This document shows, one piece after another, positions 8,247-15,449 of a stretch of 24,761 nucleotides of DNA. The translations under genes were made by a program, and so were the position numbers. Source of the DNA: Candidatus Eiseniibacteriota bacterium (GTDB taxonomy: Bacteria > Eisenbacteria > RBG-16-71-46 > SZUA-252); the NCBI GenBank assembly GCA_031370645.1, contig JANMQV010000059.1:1-24761 (forward strand), read 5' to 3'. The notes under the pieces were generated by a model, which was not told the origin of the DNA, searched no databases, and worked only from the letters and a program-made list of their open reading frames with translations. The stretch's first letter is position 1. Each line of letters begins with the position of its first letter.

Positions 8247-8362
8247 GAGTTCGAACAGGGTTCCGCTCGGGGAGCCAGGTCACGAATTGCGAACTTTCGG
8301 GTTCGCGTAGAGACGCGGGGCCCCGGCAGCGAAAGCTGCTGGGGTCTTGGCGTATGGGGGCC
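8247..8362 (+). repeat. Structured repeat C, copy 2
   Basis: GAGTTCGAACAGGGTTCCGCTCGGGGAGCCA, hairpins at 8288-8307 and 8313-8353. Confidence 0.85.
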
Positions 8363-8585
8363 ACGGGGCGCCACGTTGGGTTGCTGGCGGGCGTCTGGCA
8401 GGGTCTTACAGCGGAAGCCGCCTTGGCCCCGATCCACTTGGGTGCGGGAGCCCTGCACCGAGTGCAAAGGCAGCGACCTTGGCACTTGCCGTGGCGCTGA
8501 CGCCAAGATAGCTGGAGGGAGCCACGTACTTAACCCTATGGGGTCTGTGGCTTGTGCGCGTGTCCTGCGACGATAAATCGCGAGA

Positions 8586-8613
8586 TTGACAAACGTCTCA
8601 ATTTTGAGAATCT
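8586..8613 (+). promoter_or_regulatory. Promoter/operator of the higBA-like pair
   Basis: TTGACA at 8586-8591 and palindrome TCTCAA-TT-TTGAGA at 8596-8609, just upstream of the toxin ATG. Confidence 0.55.
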
Positions 8614-8625
8614 GGGAACACGGGA

Positions 8626-8997
8626 ATGCCGATAACACGAGTAGTCTTCTTCCGGGAGGACGACGGGAAAGTTCCGTTCCTGGACTGGTTCGGGGGCCTC
8701 TCGATTCACGCGAAGGACCAGTGCGCCGCCAAACTTACGCTACTCCGAGATCAGGGCCATGAGCTGCGGCGCCCTGCTGCAGAGAATCTAGGCGGAGGAA
8801 TTTACGAGCTTCGGGCGAAGTCTCGCGGCGTGAACTACGGGATGCTTTACTTCTTCGCTGGTCAGCGCGCGATCGTATTGTCGCACGGGTTCGATAAACA
8901 GCAGGCGAAAGTTCCGAAGCGAGACACGCAACAAGCGAAAGAGCGCATGGGCCAATTCGAAGCGGATCCCAGAGCCCATACCCATAAGGAGTCATGA
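8626..8997 (+). CDS. RelE/ParE-superfamily toxin (HigB / phage Gp49-like)
   Basis: G.VPFLDW, LRRP.A..LGGGIYELR, YFF and LSHGF.K motifs; toxin-first gene order. Confidence 0.85.
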   Translation: MPITRVVFFREDDGKVPFLDWFGGLSIHAKDQCAAKLTLLRDQGHELRRPAAENLGGGIYELRAKSRGVNYGMLYFFAGQRAIVLSHGFDKQQAKVPKRDTQQAKERMGQFEADPRAHTHKES

Positions 8998-9329
8998 TGT
9001 CTAGCAAGCGAAAGCCAACAACCGACGCCATCGCCATTCTGGAACGGCGGTACTATTCCGGTCGCCCCGATCGCCTGGCCGATCTAGAGAAGGCTCGGCT
9101 CCACGCGCAGCTGGCCCAGGAGATCTATGCCCGCAGAAAGGCGATGGGTCTCACGCAGGCCGAGCTAGCGAAACGAGCCAAGACCAGCGCCAGCGCGATC
9201 TGTCGGCTCGAGGACGCAGACTACGACGGCCACTCCCTGAATGCGGTCGTGCGTGTGATGGCTGCGTTGAATCGAAAGCTGGAGTTCAGAGTGGTCCCCC
9301 TCACGAAACTGGCCGCTCAGCCGGAGTAG
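8994..9329 (+). CDS. XRE-family HTH antitoxin (HigA-like)
   Basis: RKAMGLTQAELAKRAKTSASAICRLEDADYDGHSL HTH; ATGA overlap with the toxin. Confidence 0.88.
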   Translation: MMSSKRKPTTDAIAILERRYYSGRPDRLADLEKARLHAQLAQEIYARRKAMGLTQAELAKRAKTSASAICRLEDADYDGHSLNAVVRVMAALNRKLEFRVVPLTKLAAQPE

Positions 9330-9460
9330 CGCCGAGGCGAGCGACGGGGTGCTAGGACTCCACGCCCGCCTGATATCGACTCAAATGAGCCGATTTATCA
9401 ATATTCGATAAACTCGATAATCTCGGCATAATTCATCGATGGGCCCAGAGTTCCTCGTCG

Positions 9461-9521
9461 CTACTATCACCGGCGGGCTGCGTGAGACGGACAGTTCCGA
9501 ATCGAATTTTCGGGCACTACG
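9461..9521 (+). mobile_element. Family B relic: transposase C-terminus plus right end
   Basis: TAC TAT CAC CGG CGG GCT GCG TGA (YYHRRAA*), then ATCGAATTTTCGGGCACTACG. Confidence 0.8.
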
Positions 9522-9575
9522 ATGTCATGAGGAAGGCCGCTAGCCTCGGCCCCATCGTTGCGCTAGGTTCCTTCC

Positions 9576-10061
9576 ATGCGTACCGGGGCCACGGAGTTCT
9601 CGTGCTTGCTGCTAGTCGTCGCGCTCGCCGCGCTCATCGGGTGTGGCAATCGCACGACCCCCGAAGAAGGCCGGAGCCGCCCCGAGTCCACCGCCACAAC
9701 GACGCCCCCCGAGACCCCAGCCTTCGACAGCTCCCTCGTGGCGCTCGGAAACGAACCCTTCTGGAACGTGCGCGTCGCCGCCGGCGAGATCATCTACACC
9801 ATCCCCGAGCATCAAGAGGGATACCGCTTTCCGCCCGCCCGCGCGGCTGTCGAGGGGAATGGGCGCGTTTACCGAACGCGACGCGAGCTCCCGCCGGGCG
9901 AGACCGGCCCGCGCACGCTCGAACTGCGGATTTGGCAGGGACCGTGCAGCGACGGCATGTCAGACCGGCAGTACACGATGAGCGCGGCGCTTCTGATCGA
10001 CGGGGAGTCGCGCTCTGGTTGCGCGTTTTTCAAAGGAGATGCGTGGACGGGAGAGCGGTAG
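9576..10061 (+). CDS. Lipoprotein with a COG3650-like domain
   Basis: Lipobox LIGC; ALGNEPFW and CSDGMSDRQY...GCA motifs. Confidence 0.8.
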   Translation: MRTGATEFSCLLLVVALAALIGCGNRTTPEEGRSRPESTATTTPPETPAFDSSLVALGNEPFWNVRVAAGEIIYTIPEHQEGYRFPPARAAVEGNGRVYRTRRELPPGETGPRTLELRIWQGPCSDGMSDRQYTMSAALLIDGESRSGCAFFKGDAWTGER

Positions 10062-10123
10062 AATGCCGTAACCCATTCCCGACCTGAACCCGCACGCCGA
10101 ACAAATGGCTGAGGAATCGATGG

Positions 10124-10182
10124 CGTAGTATCCGAAAACTCGAATCTGCTGGAGCGTCCCGAGTTGCCACCCGCCTGATACC
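10124..10182 (+). mobile_element. Family B left end
   Basis: CGTAGTATCCGAAAACTCGA followed by about 40 bp that align with the leader at 18315-18372. Confidence 0.75.
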
Positions 10183-10184
10183 CT

Positions 10185-10378
10185 ATCGACGCGACCGCGT
10201 TCGCGTGGTTCTTCAGGAATGTCCGCCACGTCTGGGACAGCGGTCTCTTCCCGCGGGGCATGTACCCAGACACGGTGGCCTGGGCCATGTCGAGACCGAG
10301 CTTGAGCATCGAACGACGCTACCGGGGAGTCGCGCCACCGCAAGCCTGGCAACGCGGATGGAATATTTAGAAGGCACA
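10185..10378 (-). pseudogene. Internally deleted family A transposase relic with left end
   Basis: 10185-10310 aligns with 51-176 and 10302-10378 aligns with 534-611; the two parts join at TTGAGCATC. Confidence 0.85.
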
Positions 10379-10405
10379 GGTGTCTGCTACACTTCGCTGC
10401 AGCCT

Positions 10406-11332
10406 ATGTCACCTCTCAAAAGGAAAAACGCACTCCTCGCGGGGATCTCCCTCTTGGTCGCCGCCGCCGGGGCAACCTGGTTGGCATGCGGCAAATCGAC
10501 GGCTACTGCCAAGGTCTTCTGCGGACCCGACGGGCGCCTGACGAGTACAGCACCTCTTCAGAGCCATCGGAGCTACTGCATCCGAGCCTTCACGCCCGTG
10601 ACGGGGCTCAAAGCCGGTGTGCCGGTCACCTTCACCTTCGACGTCATCGACGACCGCGGTGCGACTCTTCGACAGTTCGCGACGGTCCACGAAAAGATGA
10701 TGCACGTCATCGTCGTTCGGCACGACCTGAAGCAGTTTCAGCATGTTCACCCCATCTATGCGGCCGCGAGTGGCCGCTTCACCGTGAACGATCTCGCCCT
10801 GCAGACCTCGGGGCCGTACCGTCTCTTCGCCGACTTCACGCCGGTAGGCGCAATGGCGGGGCCCGATGGTCAGCCGCTGGGCGTGACGGTGCCGGTCGAT
10901 CTCGAGGTCGGCGATCATGCGGCATATCGGCTGGAATCCCTTCCAGCGCCTTCCGACACCGCCACCGTTGGTGACTTCGAGGTCACGCTGTTGCGGCCCG
11001 ATACGCTCCGAGCCGGCGAAATGCTCCCGATCACGTTCACGATCCGTCGTAGGGGCGAAGTCGTGACCGACCTCGAGCCCTATCTCGGCGCGAATGGCCA
11101 CGCGGTCATCCTGAGGGAGGGAGACCTGGCATTCATTCACAGCCATGCCCTCGAAGATCGGGCGGCCCTCCAGAGGGGCACGCTCCCGTTCAGGGTGCAC
11201 TTTGCCGAGCCTGGTCGTTATCGGATGTTCGTCCAGTTCCAGCACCGGGGGGCGGTCCAGACTATCGCCTTCACGCTACCGAGCGTCGCACCGCCCGCGG
11301 CGGGTGCAATGAGCGGTGGCCACGGACTTTAA
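10406..11332 (+). CDS. Secreted His-rich putative heavy-metal-binding protein
   Basis: N-terminal hydrophobic segment; paired motifs HEKMMHVIVVRHDLKQFQHVHP and LEPYLGANGHAVIL...FIHSH; GPYRLFADF / GRYRMFVQF repeats. The ORF-track extension to 10205 lies inside IS relics. Confidence 0.75.
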   Translation: MSPLKRKNALLAGISLLVAAAGATWLACGKSTATAKVFCGPDGRLTSTAPLQSHRSYCIRAFTPVTGLKAGVPVTFTFDVIDDRGATLRQFATVHEKMMHVIVVRHDLKQFQHVHPIYAAASGRFTVNDLALQTSGPYRLFADFTPVGAMAGPDGQPLGVTVPVDLEVGDHAAYRLESLPAPSDTATVGDFEVTLLRPDTLRAGEMLPITFTIRRRGEVVTDLEPYLGANGHAVILREGDLAFIHSHALEDRAALQRGTLPFRVHFAEPGRYRMFVQFQHRGAVQTIAFTLPSVAPPAAGAMSGGHGL

Positions 11333-11669
11333 CCAGGCATACATGGCCGGGCTGATGACGGCGCCCATGATCGTGATCGAACTCCTGCTGATGCGAGGGA
11401 TGTACTCCAACCGGAAGGCGAACGCCGCGATTCTGGCGGGGAGTCTTGCCCTCCTTGCGGTCTGTTTCCTGGCCATCCGTTTCCAGGCGGGAATCTCCGA
11501 CAAGCAGTTCCTGAAGTCCATGATCCCTCACCACGCCGGAGCCCTCCTGATGTGCGAGCAGGCATCGTTGAAGGATCCGGAAATCAAGGCGCTTTGCGAG
11601 CGGATCAAGGCGGGCCAGCTATCCGAGATCGAGTTCATGAAGTCCAAGCTGGAGCAGCCGGACAAGTAG
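11328..11669 (+). pseudogene. DUF305-domain protein, probably 5'-truncated
   Basis: NQAYMAGLMTAPM...DKQFLKSMIPHHAGALLMC...Q.SEI..MK. It starts mid-domain, overlapping the upstream stop, with no clear RBS. Confidence 0.65.
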
Positions 11670-11738
11670 CGCGCACGTCAGCGTCCTGGTAAGTGGCTCG
11701 CATTTGCGACGCGGCCGCGAGGATAGCCGCGAAGCGAA

Positions 11739-11776
11739 TCCATGGCTCCCCTCGCGTAAGGACGGGGAGCCATGGA
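11739..11776. terminator. Hairpin between convergent genes
   Basis: Perfect 13-bp arms TCCATGGCTCCCC / GGGGAGCCATGGA. Confidence 0.55.
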
Positions 11777-11796
11777 GCGACGCCTGACGAAAGGCT

Positions 11797-12282
11797 CTAT
11801 TTCTTTTGCTCGGTTGCCGGTGGGGGCGTAGGCGCATCCGTGTTGAAGATGTCGTGCACGGCCTTCCATTGACCATCCGGCTGCTTCTTCCAGACGGTGA
11901 CGTACTTCCCCTTCTCGGTCATGGGCGTTCCCGCAGCATCGTTGGCGGTCAGTGCGTATGTGCCTGCCGTGTAGGCGAGGTCTCCCGAGGCGCCGACGTC
12001 CGCCTTCACAGGTTCCCAAGTCAGCGCGTATCCCGGCATCGCCATCAATCCGGTAATCACTTGTAGGATGGCATCGTGCCCTTCGGCAATGGGCATTCCC
12101 GGCGGGCAGACTGACGCGTCCGGAGCAAAGTAGGACATGAACTTCTCGGTGTCCGTCGTCGTCTGCGCCCAGGCGCGGTCTGCCTCCATCAGCGCGGCCC
12201 TCTGCTGCTCCACGTTGACTTTGGGCGCGCACGCCGGGGCGAGCAAGCCCACGACGCACAGGATCCAAGCATACTTGTTCAT
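11797..12282 (-). CDS. DUF4440 / SnoaL-like (NTF2-fold) lipoprotein
   Basis: GGAGG RBS, lipobox-like APAC, SGDLAYTAGTY and GKYVTVWKKQPDGQWK..DIFN motifs. Confidence 0.88.
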   Translation of the reverse strand: MNKYAWILCVVGLLAPACAPKVNVEQQRAALMEADRAWAQTTTDTEKFMSYFAPDASVCPPGMPIAEGHDAILQVITGLMAMPGYALTWEPVKADVGASGDLAYTAGTYALTANDAAGTPMTEKGKYVTVWKKQPDGQWKAVHDIFNTDAPTPPPATEQKK

Positions 12283-12497
12283 GTTCTCTCCTCCTTGCGA
12301 TACAGCATCCATGAACCTCGCTTCCGGTGCACAACTCGTGAACACCGATGCGGACGCGCGCCTGGCGAGTCGACCGCGCCGACTCCGGTCATGCCCCCGG
12401 ACGCGAGAGGCCGAAGTCTAGCACCCGCGGGAATCCCTTGTAAGGTTCCGTGATCTCCCCCACGCGCGCTGGTGACCAGGAAGTCGGTCGTGGCCAG

Positions 12498-12694
12498 CTC
12501 ATCCGGGCTTGATCAGGGCCTCGAATCGTGGATGTCCTCGGCATAGGGAGCCGAAGTTTTCGAGCCCCTAGGCGCGTCGGATCCGAAATATCGAGCCGAA
12601 CAAGCGCCGAATGATTTTGAGCATCGAACGACGCTACCGGGGAGTGGCGCCAACCGCAAGGGCGGCAGCGCGGACATAATATTGAGAAGACACA
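12498..12694 (-). mobile_element. Family A deletion derivative (subterminal right-end sequence fused to transposase start and left end)
   Basis: 12498-12561 matches 1684-1748 and 12571-12694 matches 488-611. Confidence 0.8.
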
Positions 12695-12697
12695 GAG

Positions 12698-12765
12698 CTG
12701 CTGAAGTAGTATCAACGGCGGGTGGCGTGGAAGGGACCTCTCCAATCAAGTTTTCGGACACCACT
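12698..12765 (+). mobile_element. Decayed family B C-terminus plus right end
   Basis: CTGCTGAAGTAGTATCAACGGCGG (compare LLKYYHRR at 18770-18793), then TCTCCAATCAAGTTTTCGGACACCAC. A weaker second copy may lie at 12771-12788. Confidence 0.7.
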
Positions 12766-12877
12766 CGGTTGAGTATTCGGATACGATGAGTTCCGCATTC
12801 ATTCCGGAGGTGGGGTTCACGGTCGCGGCAGGGAATACTTGCCCGCCTACGTCTCATCACATTCAAGGAGGAAGCGT

Positions 12878-13456
12878 ATGTACCGACGGATCGCTCTTTT
12901 CGCCGCGGCATGGGTATCTCTCTTCAGTGTCTTGTCGATTCCGGCGCGCGCGGACGACAACATGAAGATGGCGCCGGGCGAACACATGAAGGGGAGCATC
13001 GGGTTTCACAACAGCAGCGCCCCCCTGGGCGTGCGGTGGTGGCTCGTGGACGAGAAGTACGCACTCGATCTCGGACTCGGGTTCCACTCCGAAAAGGCGT
13101 TGCCCGATTATCCCAGCGAGAAAGTGACGGGCTGGGCCCTCGACCTGGGCCTGCCGATCGTGCTGAAGAGCTGGGATCAGCTCCACGTTCTTTTCCGCCC
13201 GGGCATTCTCTTCGGAAGTCAGAAGGTCGTGGTGACCAGCCCGCCGGTCGCGTTCGACACGGAGAACGAAAAGACCATGAACATCAGCGGCGAAATCGAG
13301 GTTGAGGCGTTCCTTCACAAGAATTTCAGCGTGTCGGCGAGCACCGGGATCGCTTACGAGAGTGTCGATCCCCCGGGAGCCGGCGAGAAGTTCACGAGCT
13401 TCTCGACGATCGGCAACGGATTTACGAACGTCGGTTTCCACGTTTATCTCTTCTAA
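12878..13456 (+). CDS. Putative outer-membrane beta-barrel protein
   Basis: AAGGAGG RBS, signal peptide ARA-D, amphipathic strands, C-terminus VGFHVYLF. Confidence 0.8.
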   Translation: MYRRIALFAAAWVSLFSVLSIPARADDNMKMAPGEHMKGSIGFHNSSAPLGVRWWLVDEKYALDLGLGFHSEKALPDYPSEKVTGWALDLGLPIVLKSWDQLHVLFRPGILFGSQKVVVTSPPVAFDTENEKTMNISGEIEVEAFLHKNFSVSASTGIAYESVDPPGAGEKFTSFSTIGNGFTNVGFHVYLF

Positions 13457-13484
13457 ACGGGGGTAAGCCAGACTGCGATGCGAG

Positions 13485-13521
13485 CGAGCCCCCGAAGCAT
13501 TCCCTCGGGGGCTCGTCTCTT
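13485..13521 (+). terminator. Rho-independent terminator-like hairpin
   Basis: CGAGCCCCCGA-N9-TCGGGGGCTCG followed by TCTCTT, 29 bp after the stop. Confidence 0.6.
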
Positions 13522-13524
13522 GCG

Positions 13525-13639
13525 GTAGTGTCCGAACACTCGAGGCTGATCGCGGCCAAGTGGGCCCATCCGCAGGACGATCGCCAAGGTGCTGAAGGAG
13601 CACGGGCTGATATCTCCGATCGAGTTGTCGGAGACTACG
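13525..13639 (+). mobile_element. 115-bp MITE-like derivative of the family B element
   Basis: Left IR GTAGTGTCCGAACACTCGA, internal transposase scraps (RLIAAKW; RTIAKVLKEHG), right IR TCTCCGATCGAGTTGTCGGAGACTACG. Confidence 0.8.
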
Positions 13640-13648
13640 CGCGCCGCC

Positions 13649-13728
13649 ATCGAAATATCTATCCTTCAGCTACTGTGGCCGTTGATGGTCGCGTTTGGCG
13701 CGCCTCTTGAAGATCGTGGCTCGCACCC
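13649..13728 (-). pseudogene. Orphan 3' fragment of a paralog of the small gene at 3843-3995
   Basis: 80 bp with 8 mismatches against 3822-3901; encodes ...VRATIFKRRAKRDHQRPQ*. Confidence 0.85.
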
Positions 13729-13743
13729 CGTGGGCTCCGACAA

Positions 13744-15027
13744 CTATTCGCAGACCGGCCCGATTCCTCGACCGTTATTGATGGCCGTCAGCGCGGCATT
13801 GAGCCTCGCATAATTCCCGCGGTTGGCCTTGAGCGTGCGGTCCGTCACAACGATTAGATCCCGTAAGGTAGCCGCGGTGCGGAAGTCGACTCGTGTGTCG
13901 GGATCGAGCCCGATGCTTTCACTACCTTGGAACCCGACGTTCAACTCGCCGGCCGCGACGTTGGCCATTAGCGCCGCGAATTGCCGCACGACTTGCTTGC
14001 GGCGGGTCAGTCCGACGGGATTGAGCGCCTGGCGGAGGCCATCCAAATCATTGGTCCAGTTGAAGTACGTGGACCGCTCGTCGACGCGCTGGGCGATCGC
14101 CCGAAGATCGGCCTGGGTGAGGCCGTTCATGTCCCCGCCCGGTTGGCCGTTTCCAAATGCCCGCCGCCAAAACTGCAGCGTGCGCGGGCAGTTGTCCCAA
14201 ACGACCTCTTCCGGATCTTGGTTATCCCCCGTGCCGTCGTCCGCGAGCGATAGAATTTGACTGCAGGTTTCGGTGCGCCCGGAGGTTTGGTCCCGCAGCC
14301 TGAGGGTGTAGTTCCCGGGCGCATCCGCCGTAATACAGCGCGCGGAGCCCGTAAAGCCATTCGGTCCGGTCCAGAGGTAGGAGGTGCCGCTCCGGGATGG
14401 CGCGCACAGCTGCACGGAGGCGCCTTCGGATATGGTCGTTGGACCCGTGATGTCGCAGTTCCCATTGGACTGCCCCGTTACCGCCAGGTGATGTGTGCAC
14501 TGCCGGGTACTTCGGGTGATCGGATTGCGGCTTGTCAGGTAGTAGGTCCCTTCTTCCTCCACGGTGATGCAAGCGCTCGTCGCCGTGTAGCCGTTCGGCC
14601 CGGTCCACCGATAGCTGTGGAGTCCGTCGTTCGGAGCGCAGAGCCGGGCGCTCGTCCCAACCGGAATCGATTGCGGTCCGCTGATGGTGCACGATCCGTT
14701 GCCGCCCGTGCTTCCACCTGCGTTCACGACCTTCGTGCAGCGCCCCACCTCGGCGTAATTTAGTTTGAGAACAAGAACAAATTCGTACGTGCCGGCGTTT
14801 GCAAGCCTTGCGGTGACGCACCGCGCTTCACTCTGCGTACCAAGGCCCGGACCATACCACTCATACATGTAATCGCCACTCGTTGGACCGCACAAGGTGA
14901 AGGACTCGTTGATCCCGACATCTGCCGGTCCCGCGATTGTGCAGGAGGGTTGCGCCGAACTCGGGGACGCCGCCAAGAGACTCGCGACCGCGGCCAACAA
15001 CCAAAAGCGTAGAGCGTGCCTTTTCAT
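13744..15027 (-). CDS. Secreted protein with three Cys-containing Ig/PKD-like repeats and a helical C-terminal domain
   Basis: GGAGG RBS, signal peptide, three copies of C.I.GP......S..LC.P....Y.W.GP......C.T....G.Y. Confidence 0.8.
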   Translation of the reverse strand: MKRHALRFWLLAAVASLLAASPSSAQPSCTIAGPADVGINESFTLCGPTSGDYMYEWYGPGLGTQSEARCVTARLANAGTYEFVLVLKLNYAEVGRCTKVVNAGGSTGGNGSCTISGPQSIPVGTSARLCAPNDGLHSYRWTGPNGYTATSACITVEEEGTYYLTSRNPITRSTRQCTHHLAVTGQSNGNCDITGPTTISEGASVQLCAPSRSGTSYLWTGPNGFTGSARCITADAPGNYTLRLRDQTSGRTETCSQILSLADDGTGDNQDPEEVVWDNCPRTLQFWRRAFGNGQPGGDMNGLTQADLRAIAQRVDERSTYFNWTNDLDGLRQALNPVGLTRRKQVVRQFAALMANVAAGELNVGFQGSESIGLDPDTRVDFRTAATLRDLIVVTDRTLKANRGNYARLNAALTAINNGRGIGPVCE

Positions 15028-15274
15028 ATGCCCTCCAGGGGGTCAAAATCGTGGTAGGTCGCGTTTCATCGAACGGAACGTTTCTTTCGTGTGTGGGGTG
15101 GCTTCATCGCCGTGTCGAAAGCGGGCTAAGCCAGTTTCATGCCATGCGGAGCGACAATCGCGTGCCCCCGGCAAGGTGTTGCAGACATGCCGATTTGCGT
15201 GCGACTCAGCCAGGCGGACGCGTCCAAGGGTCGTGGCCGGAGCGGTGTTCCGAAGGAAGAAATTACATTAGATG

Positions 15275-15356
15275 ATCGAGGAGAACCGCGTCCTCAAGAA
15301 ACAGCTCGAGGCTCGCGGAAAGTCGTCTGCGCTTCACCGATGATCAGCTTCGTCGG
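15275..15356 (+). pseudogene. Family B transposase N-terminal scrap
   Basis: IEENRVLKKQLEARGK, a 1-nt frameshift, then RLRFTDDQLRR; homologous to 18462-18540. Confidence 0.8.
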
Positions 15357-15449
15357 TGGACGTCCTCAGAAAGGGCATTGGGTGGACGCGGATCTCTTAC
15401 CGGAATCGTGCGCATTCATCTCGAAGCATGCTCATCTCAGATCGACGGG

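Noticed and set aside
8200-8277. Intact tRNA gene at repeat C
   Set aside because: The GTTCGAA-to-CCA distance is about 5 nt too long, no 5' acceptor strand or D/anticodon arms are evident, and upstream sequence differs between copies.
11764-11772. GGGGAGCCA as another repeat C copy
   Set aside because: It is one arm of a local hairpin, and the flanking sequence does not match repeat C.
1861-13639. CRISPR array from the recurring 20-30 bp motifs
   Set aside because: Spacing is irregular and gene-sized, the copies are degenerate, and there are no cas genes.
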